Counted from the first letter of the stretch, positions 1-10,245 are shown. The stretch is DNA of 64,000 nt from Vicinamibacterales bacterium (GCA_048594975.1 JBMDXQ010000085.1:21822-85821); one strand, 5' to 3'. Notes: generated by a model from the letters alone, not told the origin. Program-made: numbers and translations.

Positions 1-1323
1 AGGAATGCGCGCCATCCGCGCCACCACGTCCTCCACGTGCGCGGCGCTGATCTCGGACGGCGCCGTGCTCTCCGCGGTCATGCCGAGGCGGCGCTTCGCG
101 CCCGCCTCGTCGAGCACGTCGATCGCGCTGTCCGGGAGCCGGTAGTCGCGCAGGTGACGCGCCGCCAGCTTCGCCGCCGCCTCGAGCGCCTCGTCCGTGT
201 AGCGCACGTGGTGGTGGCCCTCGTAGCGCGAGCGCAGGCCCTGCAGGATCTTCACGGTCTCGGGAATCGACGGCTCGTCGATAGTGATCTTCTGGAGCCG
301 GCGGGCCAGCGCGCGGTCCTTCTCGATGTGCTTGAACTCCTCGTGCGTCGTCGAGCCGACGACGCGCAGCTGGCCGGCCGTGAGGATCGGCTTGATGAGT
401 GTCGCCAGGTCCATCGTCCCGCCGGTGGTCGCGCCAGCGCCGACCGTCGAGTGGATCTCGTCGATGAACAGGATCGGCAGCGGCCGCTTCGTCAGGGCGG
501 CGATCACCGCCTTGAAGCGCTCCTCGAAGTCGCCGCGGAAGCGCGTGCCGGCGAGGAGCGCGCCGGTGTCGAGCGAGAACACCTCGGCGCCGCGCAGCAG
601 CTCGGGCACATCCTCCTCGAGCAGGCGCGCGGCGAGCCCCTCGGCCATCGCGGTCTTCCCGACGCCGGCGTCGCCGACGAACACCGGGTTGTTCTTGCGC
701 CGCCGGCACAGAATCTCCATCGTGCGCTGGAGCTCGCCGCTGCGGCCGATGAGCGGATCGAGACCGCCGACGCGCGCGCGGGCGGTGAGGTTGACCGCGT
801 AGGCGCCGAGCGGATCGCGCGCCGTGGCGCTCCCGCGCTCGCCCCCGCCCGCCTCGGCCTCGTCGTCAGTCGGCTGATCGTCATGGAGGGGGACCTTGCT
901 GACCCCGTGCGTGATGAAGTTCAGCACGTCGAGCCGGGTGACGCCCTGGTTGGCGAGCAGCTGCGCGGCGTACGACTTGCTCTGCTGGAGCAGCGCCGCG
1001 AGGACGTCGCCCGAGTGCACCTCCTGCCGCCCCGCGCTCTGGACGTGCAGCACCGCCGTCTGCAGCACGCGCCGGAACGCGAGCGTCTGCTCCGGCTCCT
1101 TCTGCTGCCCGCGCGTGAACTGCTCGACCGACTCCTTCAGGAACTGGTCGAGGTCGCGGCGCAGGCGGGGCAGATCCGCGCCGCACGCGCCGAGGATCCG
1201 CTCGCCCTCCGGATCGTGCGCCAGCGCGTAGAGCAGGTGCTCGAGCGTCAGGTGCGTGTGCTTGCGCGAGGTCGCCTCGCGATAGGCGACGGTGAGAACG
1301 ATCTCGAGAGCTGGACTGAACAC
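1..1323 (-). CDS. clpA: ATP-dependent Clp protease ATP-binding subunit ClpA (5' part; runs off the window start)
   Basis: GTG at 1323 gives MFSPALEIVLTVAYREATSRKHTHLTLEHLL (Clp N-domain); Walker A GDAGVGKT near 650-675; LFIDEIH Walker B; directly downstream of clpS. Not in the ORF track because it is truncated. Confidence 0.93.
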   Translation of the reverse strand, partial: MFSPALEIVLTVAYREATSRKHTHLTLEHLLYALAHDPEGERILGACGADLPRLRRDLDQFLKESVEQFTRGQQKEPEQTLAFRRVLQTAVLHVQSAGRQEVHSGDVLAALLQQSKSYAAQLLANQGVTRLDVLNFITHGVSKVPLHDDQPTDDEAEAGGGERGSATARDPLGAYAVNLTARARVGGLDPLIGRSGELQRTMEILCRRRKNNPVFVGDAGVGKTAMAEGLAARLLEEDVPELLRGAEVFSLDTGALLAGTRFRGDFEERFKAVIAALTKRPLPILFIDEIHSTVGAGATTGGTMDLATLIKPILTAGQLRVVGSTTHEEFKHIEKDRALARRLQKITIDEPSIPETVKILQGLRSRYEGHHHVRYTDEALEAAAKLAARHLRDYRLPDSAIDVLDEAGAKRRLGMTAESTAPSEISAAHVEDVVARMARIP

Positions 1324-1369
1324 TTGTGTGACCTGTATCTTTCCTCGGCGCTCGGCGCCGCGTGGGAAG

Positions 1370-1684
1370 CTATTCCGGCTCCATCGCGGCGAGCAGCGGG
1401 AACCCGTTGGCCCGCGCGAGGTCGATGACGTTCGCGACCTTGGTTTCCGCGACCTCATGCGAGTAGACGCCGCACAGTCCCTTGCCCTGCGTGTGTACCG
1501 CCATCATGATTCGATAGGCCTCGGCGGGCGCTTTGTTGAAGACGGTCTCCAGGATCTGGACGACGAAGTCCATGGTCGTATAGTCATCGTTCAATAGGAG
1601 CACGCGGTAGAGCTCCGGTTTCTTCGTCTCCCGCTTCGTCCGCTCGAGGAGCTCTCCGCCCGTCTGCCGTTCCGTGTCAGCCAT
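1370..1684 (-). CDS. clpS: ClpS N-end rule adaptor
   Basis: YRVLLLNDDYTTMDFVV...MAVHTQGKGLCGVY...FPL signature; adjacent to clpA. Confidence 0.96.
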   Translation of the reverse strand: MADTERQTGGELLERTKRETKKPELYRVLLLNDDYTTMDFVVQILETVFNKAPAEAYRIMMAVHTQGKGLCGVYSHEVAETKVANVIDLARANGFPLLAAMEPE

Positions 1685-1808
1685 ACACCTGCAACGCTTC
1701 CGGCGCGCACGCACGCTTCCCGCGCCGCTTCCACCGGTCTATCCCGTTGATTTTACCAGTCTTGCGCTGAGGTAAGATCCCGAGGTCCAGATCAGGAGGA
1801 GGCGACGC

Positions 1809-1991
1809 ATGCACACCAGCCGGACGTCGACGGCCATCTTGCCGGCCCTCATGCGAGCCGTAGCGACCGCCGCAGGCGCGATCACCGACCTCCAGCGCGA
1901 CGGCTTCGTGATGAAGGGGAGCCGCGCCTGCAAGCGGCCTGCGCTTCCAGCCGGGTGTGGGACCTGCGGCTCGGGGGATCCCATCCAGTGA
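1809..1991 (+). CDS. Putative 60-aa Cys-containing peptide
   Basis: Strong SD AGGAGGAGG just upstream; its TGA overlaps the GTG start of the next gene (GTGA at 1988-1991); C-terminus CKRPALPAGCGTCG. Confidence 0.4.
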   Translation: MHTSRTSTAILPALMRAVATAAGAITDLQRDGFVMKGSRACKRPALPAGCGTCGSGDPIQ

Positions 1992-2908
1992 GCGTGCCGC
2001 TCGCGCCGGGCCTGGACTACGTCGACCTCGACTTTCTCGGCCGGCCCGAGATCATCGCAACCGCGGTGCTGCAGCACGCGACGGGCGTCTCGCTGGTCGA
2101 CCCCGGGCCGTCCACCACGTTGCCGAACCTGCGCCGCGCGCTCGGACGCAAGGGCCTTGCCGTGGCCGACATCCGCCAGCTGCTGCTGACGCACATTCAC
2201 CTGGACCACGCCGGCGCGACCGGCACGCTGCTCCGCGAGAACCCGGCCATCGAGGTGCTCGTGCACGTGCGCGGCGCGCCGCACCTGATCGATCCAGCGA
2301 AGCTCCTCGCGAGCGCGGCGCGGCTGTACGGTGCCGAGATGGAAACCCTGTGGGGCGAAGTCCTTCCCGTGCCGGCCGGACGCGTGCGCGCGCTGCGCGG
2401 CGGCGAGCGGATCGTCGCCGGAGGCCGTGAGCTCGAGGTCGCCTACACGCCAGGGCACGCGTTGCACCACGTCAGCTACTTCGACCCATCCGCGCGCCTG
2501 GCCTTCGTTGGCGACGTCGCCGGGGTACGCCTCAGCGCCGGAACCTACGTCATGCCGCCCACGCCGCCCCCGGACATCGACCTCGAGGCCTGGCGCGCCA
2601 GTGCCGAAACGATCCTCGCGCGGGATCCCGACACGCTGTTCGTGACGCACTTCGGCCCGTTTCATGGCGCGCGGGTGCACTTCCAGCAGCTCATGGATCG
2701 ACTGGAGGAGTGGAGCAGCATCGTTCGGCGGCTGCTGGCGGACGGCTCGCTCGATGACGGTGGGCGGGAGCAGCGGTTCGTCGACGAGGTGTTCCGGGAT
2801 CTTCGGCGCGTGCTCGGCGACGCGGATGCTGACAGGTACAATCGCGCCGGCCGCCTCGACTACTCGTGGCAGGGGCTCGCGCGCTACTGGCGCAGGCGGC
2901 GCGCCTGA
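1988..2908 (+). CDS. MBL-fold metallo-hydrolase
   Basis: THIHLDHAG (HxHxDH), TPGHALHH, FVGDVAG and THFG motifs. Confidence 0.92.
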   Translation: MSVPLAPGLDYVDLDFLGRPEIIATAVLQHATGVSLVDPGPSTTLPNLRRALGRKGLAVADIRQLLLTHIHLDHAGATGTLLRENPAIEVLVHVRGAPHLIDPAKLLASAARLYGAEMETLWGEVLPVPAGRVRALRGGERIVAGGRELEVAYTPGHALHHVSYFDPSARLAFVGDVAGVRLSAGTYVMPPTPPPDIDLEAWRASAETILARDPDTLFVTHFGPFHGARVHFQQLMDRLEEWSSIVRRLLADGSLDDGGREQRFVDEVFRDLRRVLGDADADRYNRAGRLDYSWQGLARYWRRRRA

Positions 2909-2959
2909 CCGGCGCGCCCTGGCACGAGGGCTGGATATCCGGTGAATCGGAGGAACTCG

Positions 2960-3778
2960 ATGTACCGCCGAGCTGCAGCCTGCCTCATCCTTGCGGCCGT
3001 TGTCCTGGCATCGCTCGTGGTCCGCGCCCAGGCACCCTCAGCAGCCTTCCCGGTGCCGGTCGTCACGGCTGAAAGCGAGCCGTGGTATCTCGCCGGCGAG
3101 CCGATCACGTACGAAGGGTACCTGTTCTACCCGCTCGGCCCGCTCACCGCGTTCAACCGCAACGAAATGGTGCGCAGCGGGTTCTATCGCGGGATCCCGC
3201 TCTACACCCGGACGACCTACGAACCGTGGAGCGTAGTTTACGTGCCGCTGGCCGGCGGCTTCATGCAGCCCTACATCCGCCGGCGCTCCGGCGAAATCGG
3301 TGGCACGCTCGGCTCGATTGGACCGGGCCTGCCCGTCGAGCGGGCCGACACGTCGCGCGCGCTGACCAGCGCGCCGCAGGCGCCAGGTCCCCCGACAGGC
3401 CTGATGGACACGCCGGTCGACCGCCTGGTCGGCGCCGGACCCGCCAGTCCTTCGGGGGGATCGCTCGGCTCTCTTCCGCCCCCGCCGATCGGCACGGCGG
3501 GCACGCGCGAGGCGAGCTCCGGCCCCATGGTCGTCCTGTTGCGGCCCAGTCCCCTCGTAACGGCTGCGCGGCCCACCGGCGTGAATCACGCCTATGTCGA
3601 CTTCAACCAGGATCGCTGGTACGGGAGCGGCCCTGCGGTGGATCTCGACGGCAGCTTCCGCCGCATCGGCGAGTATTACGACCTTCCGGTCTACATGCGC
3701 GAGGACGTCGACACGATCTACGTCCCGGTGTCCACGAACGTGCGAACCCTGGTCGTCCCGTACACGAGAAAGCGCTAG
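2960..3778 (+). CDS. Secreted hypothetical protein with an internally duplicated domain
   Basis: SD GGAGGA; signal peptide ending VRA-Q; two similar Tyr/Gly/Pro-rich segments separated by a Pro/Gly/Ser linker. Confidence 0.8.
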   Translation: MYRRAAACLILAAVVLASLVVRAQAPSAAFPVPVVTAESEPWYLAGEPITYEGYLFYPLGPLTAFNRNEMVRSGFYRGIPLYTRTTYEPWSVVYVPLAGGFMQPYIRRRSGEIGGTLGSIGPGLPVERADTSRALTSAPQAPGPPTGLMDTPVDRLVGAGPASPSGGSLGSLPPPPIGTAGTREASSGPMVVLLRPSPLVTAARPTGVNHAYVDFNQDRWYGSGPAVDLDGSFRRIGEYYDLPVYMREDVDTIYVPVSTNVRTLVVPYTRKR

Positions 3779-3814
3779 CCTCGGGAGCCTGTGGCTGCTG
3801 GCGGTATCTGCTCT

Positions 3815-3838
3815 GTCGCCTCCGCCTTCAGGCCGAAG
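3815..3838 (+). repeat. Degenerate REP-like palindrome
   Basis: GTCG-CCTCCGCC-TTCA-GGCCGAAG between convergent genes; same layout as the copies at 13819, 43594 and 44484. Confidence 0.5.
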
Positions 3839-4047
3839 ACCGCGTGGCGAACGATTTCGTACAGACGAAGTCCGGTGTCTGTGAAACCTCCGGACTCGAG
3901 AAGTGAAGTCGAAGGCTGAAGGCCGAAGCCTTCAACCTCCGACGAACCTGGCCGCGGGCGCGTACCGCCCGGGAGCGAGGGTAGTGAGCCGGCCTTTGCG
4001 GCTGACGAGGCAGGTGGTCAGCCGACCGGCACCGGTGGGTCGAACTC

Positions 4048-4293
4048 TTACGCCACAGCCATATGTCTGTCGCGCGGCATCGTTATCTGCGTCGGTCGGG
4101 CGCCCTCCTGGCGGACGAACGCGCCGTCGCGTGTCTGCGCGAGGAACTTCGCGTCCACCAGAGCGCCGAGCAGCGCATCGCAGACGTCGCGCTCCAGGCC
4201 CCACAGGCGCTGCGCCTGCGCGGCCGTCAGGCGAAGACCGGGCATTTCAACGTACTCGCCCTGGATTCGCTGAAGCACTTCGTCGATACGCAT
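4048..4293 (-). CDS. Small putative winged-helix-like protein
   Basis: MRIDEVLQRIQGEYVEMPGLRLTAAQAQRLWGL...FLAQTRDGAFVR; SD GGGAGG upstream; preceded by an AT-rich intergenic region. Confidence 0.75.
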   Translation of the reverse strand: MRIDEVLQRIQGEYVEMPGLRLTAAQAQRLWGLERDVCDALLGALVDAKFLAQTRDGAFVRQEGARPTQITMPRDRHMAVA

Positions 4294-4577
4294 GGCTCGA
4301 TCCCTCCCGTGGGGTCGCCAGCCCTTCATGCTGCGTTGCAGTAGTGTGCACACAGAAGCAATGCTTGTACCGTCATGTTTCCGGCGTGCCACGGGCGGCA
4401 TTGTGTTCTCATAAAATACTGACAGTAAAAGGCTTGACGACCTTGTAATAGTTATTGTCGAGGCACGGCATCCTAGCACATGTGTATTGCCGTGTAATCC
4501 AGGCGGTCGGCCCTTGTCGGTTTTCACTACGTACCGCATTCACGGCCGGGGCGGCCGTGAATACAGCTGTTCAGGCC

Positions 4578-5759
4578 TCAGAGTTCCCGCAACGCCGTGA
4601 CGACCGGCAACCGCGCGGCCCGCCACGCCGGGAAGAGGCCACCCAGCAGGCCCATCACGATGGCGAAACCGAACGCCTGCGCCAGCAGGGCGGGCGTGAC
4701 CGCGAATGCGAACGCGACCTGGCTGAACGACTGCCAGTTCATCGTCGCGGTCTGGAACCCGTCGAACGCGAGCCACGCCAGAAACGCTCCCACCCCGCCG
4801 CCCACGATGCTCAGCAGGACCGCCTCCGTGAGGACGGAGGTCACGACGGATAGGTTCCCGAAGCCCAGCGCGCGCAGCGTTGCGATCTCGCGCGTCCGGC
4901 TCGCGACCGCCATGTACATGGTGTTCACCGCCGCGAAGACCGCCCCGATGCCCATGAGGAGCGCGATGGACATGCCGATCATCTGGATGATCTCGCGCAG
5001 CACCTCGGACTGCCCCGAGTAGAACTCCGGCACGCGCATCGCCGTGACGTTCAGCCGCGGATCGCTCGTGAGCGCGTCCTTGAACGACTGGAATGTCTCC
5101 GGCGACTCGAGGCGCGCGTACACCGATTGGACGGTATTACCGCGCTGGTAGGCCGGCTGAAGCACTCTGACGTCGCACCACACCTCCGACTCGGCCACCG
5201 TCCCCTGGGCGTCGAAGACGCCGACGACGTTCCAGGTGTTCCGTCCCCACGTCACGGTGGAGCCGACCTGCAGGTTGGCGAACTGGCGCGCCGCCGCCCG
5301 GCCGACGACGATCTCGTTGCGCCCCGGCTCGAACATGCGTCCCTCGACGATCGTGACCTCGGGGCGGACGTCGAGCGCCTGCGCGGAGACACCGCGCAGC
5401 GGCACGTTGGCGTCCGTGCCGGTCGATTGCCGGGGGTGGTTGACAATGACGAACAGCTCGGCCGACGCCGCCGGTCCGTCCTTCCCGCGCATGATCCCCG
5501 GAGCCTCGGCGATGATCCGGGCCGACTCGCCGTCGTGGATGCTGGTCATCTCCGAGTCGCTGCCCGAGCGCAGCACGATCACCGTCTGCGGATCGCCGGT
5601 CTCGGCCATCGCCTTGTGGAACCCTTCGGCGATCGACAGGACGCCCACGAACACGATCACGACACCGCCGATCCCGATCATGGCCACGGCCGACGAGCTG
5701 AGGCGCTGCCCGATCGAGCGGAGGTTCACCGCCGTGACGGCGACGATTTGCGACAGCAT
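4578..5759 (-). CDS. ABC transporter permease (MacB_PCD + FtsX)
   Basis: GRMFEPGRNEIVVG; NTMYMAVASRTREIATLRALGF; C-terminal PAWRAARL. Confidence 0.92.
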   Translation of the reverse strand: MLSQIVAVTAVNLRSIGQRLSSSAVAMIGIGGVVIVFVGVLSIAEGFHKAMAETGDPQTVIVLRSGSDSEMTSIHDGESARIIAEAPGIMRGKDGPAASAELFVIVNHPRQSTGTDANVPLRGVSAQALDVRPEVTIVEGRMFEPGRNEIVVGRAAARQFANLQVGSTVTWGRNTWNVVGVFDAQGTVAESEVWCDVRVLQPAYQRGNTVQSVYARLESPETFQSFKDALTSDPRLNVTAMRVPEFYSGQSEVLREIIQMIGMSIALLMGIGAVFAAVNTMYMAVASRTREIATLRALGFGNLSVVTSVLTEAVLLSIVGGGVGAFLAWLAFDGFQTATMNWQSFSQVAFAFAVTPALLAQAFGFAIVMGLLGGLFPAWRAARLPVVTALREL

Positions 5760-5763
5760 GGCG

Positions 5764-6921
5764 TCAGTTCCTCCGCAGCGCCTCGACGATGCGCAACCGG
5801 CTCGCCTGCCACGCCGGCAAGGCGCCAGACGCGAGCCCCAGGAAGAGCACCAGGGCGGCCCCGGTGATCAGCGCCGGCACGGGGAAGTAGAAGGCCGGCA
5901 GCAACCCGTTGGTGGGATCACCCTGCGAGATGATCAGCCACGCGACCGCCAGGCCCAGCCCGCCGCCGACGACGGCGATCAGGCAGGACTCGACCAGCAC
6001 CATGGCCAGGATCAGGCCGTCGGTGAATCCGAGCGTCTTCAGCACCGCCAGCTCGTTGGTGCGCTGCCGGATCGAGTGCGCCATGGTGTTGGCGGCCATG
6101 ATCAGCGCGACGAAGATCGCCACCGAGACGATGGCGACGGCAATCATGCCGATGTCGCCGATCTGTTTGGCGAAGTCCGAAACGAACGCCTTTTCCGTCG
6201 CGGTCTTGGTCTCGGCCTGGGAATTGGCGAACTCGGTGTCGATCCGCTTGGCGAGCTCGGCGGACTGCTCGGGGCTCTTCACCTTGATGACGTACCACCC
6301 GACGAGGCCCTCGAAGTACGTTCCGCGCAGGACCTCGCTGAGCAGTGCATAGTGAAAGAAGAACTGGGTCTTGTCGGTTCCCTTGAGCTGAGAGTCGTAG
6401 GCCCCTTCGATGGTGAACTCCCAGCCGGTGCCGTCAGGCTTCCGGTAGATCGGCGACATCAGCGGGATGCGGTCCCCGACCTTCCAGCCGAACCGGTTCA
6501 TCGTGTCGATGCCGACGATCGCCCCGGTGCGATTGGCCATCCACCTCTCGAGCTGGTCCCGCGGGACGTCGAACTCGGGATACATCCGGAACCAGCTCCC
6601 GGAGTCCACCGCCATGGTCGCGAAGAAGTTCTTCGGGTCCTGGTAGATGCCGTTGAACCAGTTCGCGTGGGTGATGTCGGAGACGCCGTCGATGGCGGCG
6701 ATGCGGTTCTTGTAGGTCAGCGGCAGCGGCTGGATGAACGAGACCTTGTGGATCATCACGAGGCGGTCGGCGCCGGCGATCTCGACGCCGAAGCCGAAGG
6801 CGGCGCGGATCGCGGCCAGCGCGCCGAACAGCACGAAGGTAAAGAAGATCGCTCCCATCGTGAACAGCGTGCTGAACTTGCGTCGCAGCAGGTTGCGCCA
6901 GACGAGCGGGAAGTACTTCAT
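5764..6921 (-). CDS. ABC transporter permease (MacB_PCD + FtsX)
   Basis: ATG at 6921 overlaps the ATPase stop; MKYFPLVWRNLLRRK; RQRTNELAVLKTLGF; PAWQASRL. Confidence 0.92.
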   Translation of the reverse strand: MKYFPLVWRNLLRRKFSTLFTMGAIFFTFVLFGALAAIRAAFGFGVEIAGADRLVMIHKVSFIQPLPLTYKNRIAAIDGVSDITHANWFNGIYQDPKNFFATMAVDSGSWFRMYPEFDVPRDQLERWMANRTGAIVGIDTMNRFGWKVGDRIPLMSPIYRKPDGTGWEFTIEGAYDSQLKGTDKTQFFFHYALLSEVLRGTYFEGLVGWYVIKVKSPEQSAELAKRIDTEFANSQAETKTATEKAFVSDFAKQIGDIGMIAVAIVSVAIFVALIMAANTMAHSIRQRTNELAVLKTLGFTDGLILAMVLVESCLIAVVGGGLGLAVAWLIISQGDPTNGLLPAFYFPVPALITGAALVLFLGLASGALPAWQASRLRIVEALRRN

Positions 6922-7634
6922 CGCGCCGCCACTCCCTCGACGAGCGTGTCTTTCCTGCCCCCCTCGACGAGCGTGCCCTTCTCGAGGTGGAGGATCCGCC
7001 GCGCGCGCTCGGCGGCGTGCGGGTCGTGCGTCACCATGATGATGGTCTTGCCGTGGTCGCGGTTCAGCGTCTGCAGCAGCTCGAGGATCTCGTCGCCGGA
7101 CTTGCGGTCGAGGTCGCCGGTCGGCTCGTCGCACAGCAGCAGCGTCGGGTCGGTGACGATCGCGCGCGCGATGCCGACGCGCTGCTCCTGGCCGCCGGAG
7201 AGCTGGCGCGGGTAATGGTTCATGCGGTCGGCGAGCCCGACGACGGACAGCGCGATCTCGACGCGCTTGCGCCGCTCCGCCTTCGACAGCTTCGTCAGCA
7301 GCAGCGGCAGCTCGACGTTGCGCGCCGCGGTCAAGACCGGGAGCAGATTGTACAGCTGGAAGACGAATCCGATGTGGCGCGCCCGCCACGCCGCCAGCCG
7401 CCCGCCGGACAGCTGGTCGATGCGGTCGCCGGCGACGTCGATCGAGCCGCGCGTCGGCGTGTCGAGGCCGCCGATCAGGTTCAGCAGCGTCGTCTTGCCC
7501 GAGCCCGAGGGGCCCATCAGCGCGAGGAAGTCGCCCTTCGGGAGGTCGAGCGTGACGCCCTGTAGCACGTCGATGCGTTCGCTGCCGCGGTGGAAGACCT
7601 TGTGAACGTCCGTGACCTTGACCAGCGTCTCCAT
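6918..7634 (-). CDS. ABC transporter ATP-binding protein (MacB/LolD-like)
   Basis: GPSGSGKT, LSGGQEQRV, LLCDEPTGDLD, VTHD. Confidence 0.96.
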   Translation of the reverse strand: METLVKVTDVHKVFHRGSERIDVLQGVTLDLPKGDFLALMGPSGSGKTTLLNLIGGLDTPTRGSIDVAGDRIDQLSGGRLAAWRARHIGFVFQLYNLLPVLTAARNVELPLLLTKLSKAERRKRVEIALSVVGLADRMNHYPRQLSGGQEQRVGIARAIVTDPTLLLCDEPTGDLDRKSGDEILELLQTLNRDHGKTIIMVTHDPHAAERARRILHLEKGTLVEGGRKDTLVEGVAAR

Positions 7635-8857
7635 CAGTTCTCCTTGACCGTGACCCGCGCGCCGTCGGCGAGTGTCGAGGGTCCTTCGACGATGACGCGC
7701 TCGCCGATCTGCAGCCCGGAGGCAATCTCGACCTGGTCGCCCTCGGCCAGGCCGACCGTGACCGCGCGGCGCTCGGCGACGTCGCCCTTGACCACGAACA
7801 CGACGTCGCGGCCCTCGACCTGGCGCAGCGCCGCCTTGGGCACGAGCATCCGCGGCGCGACCGCCGTCACCTGCGAGGTCGGCGCGGCGAGAAACGACAC
7901 CTTCACGCCCATGTCGGGGAGGATGCGCGGATCGAGCTTGTCGAACCCGATGCGCACCTTCACCGTCGCCTTCGCGCGGTCCGCCGTCGGTACGCCGGTG
8001 ATGACGTGGGCGGGAATCCGCCAGTCCTTGTAGGCGTCGAGCACCGCCTCCACCGGCTGGCCCGGCTTGACGCGGTTGATGTAGCTCTCGTTGACGTCGA
8101 CCTCGATCTCGAGCGACGACATGTCGACGATGGTGCAGATGCCGGTGCGCGTGAAGCCGCCGCCGGCCGACACCGGCGAGATCATCTCGCCCGGCTGCGC
8201 GTCCTTCGAGATCGCCACGCCGTCGAAGGGCGCGCGCACCACCATGTCCGACAGATCGATGCGGCGCGCGGCCACCTGGCTCTGCGCCACGCGGATCTGC
8301 TCCTGTGACAGCGCGATGCGCGCCTTCAGCGACTCGACTTCCGCGTCCGCGGCATCAACTTCCGCCCGCCCGACCACGCCTTCCTTGAGCAGCGCGGCAC
8401 GGCGCTCCCGAGTAAGCTCCGCCTCGCGCAGCCGCGCCTGGTCCTCGGCGGCGCCGCGGAGGGCGACGGCCAGCTGCGCCTCGGCCACCGCCAGCGCGGA
8501 GCGGACCTGCGAGGCGTCGAGCCGGGCCAGGATCTCCCCCTTGCGGACCGCCTGGCCCTCCTCGACGTTGACCTCGAGGACCTTCCCGGTCACCTTCGAC
8601 GACACCGTCGCACGGCGCCGGGCGACGACATACCCCGACGCGTTCAACACCGCATCGCCGCCGCCCGATCCGCCCGAGCGGGCGACCACCGCCGCGGTGC
8701 GGACCGGATCGGCCTGGACGCGCTGCGTCCAGAACCATCCGGCCGCCCCGCCGGCGGCGAGGATGACCGCCAGCGTGATCCAGACGCCGCGCCGGCTGTG
8801 GGTGGCGCGCGCCGAGTGTTCGATCTTGAGCGAAGCGAGGTCGTCTTTCAGTGCCAC
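7634..8857 (-). CDS. Periplasmic adaptor (membrane fusion protein, MacA/HlyD-like)
   Basis: GTG start VALKDDL; one N-terminal TM; VSSKVTGKVLEVNVEEGQAVRKGEILARLD lipoyl half-motif; VRAPFDG. Confidence 0.9.
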   Translation of the reverse strand: MALKDDLASLKIEHSARATHSRRGVWITLAVILAAGGAAGWFWTQRVQADPVRTAAVVARSGGSGGGDAVLNASGYVVARRRATVSSKVTGKVLEVNVEEGQAVRKGEILARLDASQVRSALAVAEAQLAVALRGAAEDQARLREAELTRERRAALLKEGVVGRAEVDAADAEVESLKARIALSQEQIRVAQSQVAARRIDLSDMVVRAPFDGVAISKDAQPGEMISPVSAGGGFTRTGICTIVDMSSLEIEVDVNESYINRVKPGQPVEAVLDAYKDWRIPAHVITGVPTADRAKATVKVRIGFDKLDPRILPDMGVKVSFLAAPTSQVTAVAPRMLVPKAALRQVEGRDVVFVVKGDVAERRAVTVGLAEGDQVEIASGLQIGERVIVEGPSTLADGARVTVKEN

Positions 8858-9181
8858 GGTCGATTGCCGATGGGCGATCGCCGGCGCATCGCGCGCGCCG
8901 CCGGCCGCGGGTCGACGGATTGCCGGCTCGAGGAGGACCGTTTCCACCAGCTGCCGGTTTGTCGATCCACGCACGGGCGCATCGACAGGCCGGAGCCGGG
9001 AAACGCCGCCTCTCAGTATAGTCAGGATACGGTGGCGGAGGTCCGCGGGGTCCGCGGATCCGGCGAACGGAGGACCCGCGCCGGTGAACAGTCGTGCCTC
9101 AGCGGCCAGCCGGTGAGCCGCCGGCGTCGCACGGCCCGGTCGACATTGGCCAATCGACGATCCGTCGATCCGCAATGGAGG

Positions 9182-9484
9182 CTACTTCAGCGTTCCCTCC
9201 ACCCAGCCCCGGCTCGCGTAGTCGGCCATCGTGATCGAGAAGAGGATCAGCAGCCAGAAGAAACCGGCGCCCGCCACCACCCAGGTGAGCCGCGTGCCCC
9301 AGCGGACGTGCATGAAGAACAGCACCACGAGCAGTGCCTTCGCGCACGCGATCGTCAGCATGACGATGTTGTTGAGCGGCCCGAGGTCGAATTTCGCGAC
9401 GATGACCGTCAGGATCGTCCCGACGACGAGCGCGACGAACACCGCGAAGTAGAGGCTGCGGGGTGCCACGTGGCCAGCAGACAT
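9182..9484 (-). CDS. Cytochrome c oxidase subunit IV (caa3 type)
   Basis: Three TMs; IACAKALLVVLFFMHVRW motif. Confidence 0.88.
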   Translation of the reverse strand: MSAGHVAPRSLYFAVFVALVVGTILTVIVAKFDLGPLNNIVMLTIACAKALLVVLFFMHVRWGTRLTWVVAGAGFFWLLILFSITMADYASRGWVEGTLK

Positions 9485-9492
9485 GCGCTTCC

Positions 9493-10231
9493 CTAGTGTG
9501 CTCCGTAGTGGTAGCCGATCAGGTAGAGCAGCGGGAACAGGAAAATCCAGACGATGTCGACGAAGTGCCAGTACAGGCCCGCGACCTCGACCGGCGTGTA
9601 GTAGGTGGCGTCGAACTGCCGCCGCCACGCCATGATCGAGATCACGGACATGATCCCGAGACCGACGACCATGTGCAGGGCGTGCAATCCGGTCAGGCAG
9701 AAGTACAGCGAGTAGAACATCTCCGCGGCCGCCGGATATTGGCCGGTCCAGGTGAACGGCCCCTTGTCGATGAGCCCGAGCACGTTGGCGGCGGGACCGG
9801 GAACGATGTTGTGCGCGAACTTGTCGCCGTACTCGATCACCTTGATCCCCAGGAAGGAGGCGCCGAGCGTCATGGTGGCGAGCAGCCAGGCGACCTGCGT
9901 GCGCGCCGGCGCGCTGACCTGCGCCGCGCGCACCGCCAGCGCCATGGTCAGCGAGCTGACGATGAGCACGATGGTGTTGACCGCGCCCCAGATCACGTTG
10001 AGGTGGTTGCTCGCCTCGGCGAAGCCCTCCGGCGACCGCCACCGGTACACCAGGTAGGCGGTGAACAGCCCGCCGAAGAACATGATCTCGGTGACCAGGA
10101 ACACCCACATGCCGAGCGTCGAGGCCTCCGCCTGCTGCGCCATGTCGTCGAAATGGTGCTGCAGCTTCGGATGATGCGGGTGCACGTGTCCGTGCGGGTC
10201 GCCCCCGGCCGGATGAATCGCGACGGTCCCG

Positions 10232-10245
<14 letters not shown>
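9493..10245 (-). CDS. coxC: Cytochrome c oxidase subunit III
   Basis: [32 protein letters not shown]. Confidence 0.95.

Noticed and set aside
37-1428. 463-aa plus-strand ORF and the many other long Arg/Ala-rich ORFs (e.g. 16596-19895, 44070-48083, 52038-55256, 61730-64000)
   Set aside because: Antisense or off-frame shadows of clearly identified genes; expected in high-GC DNA.
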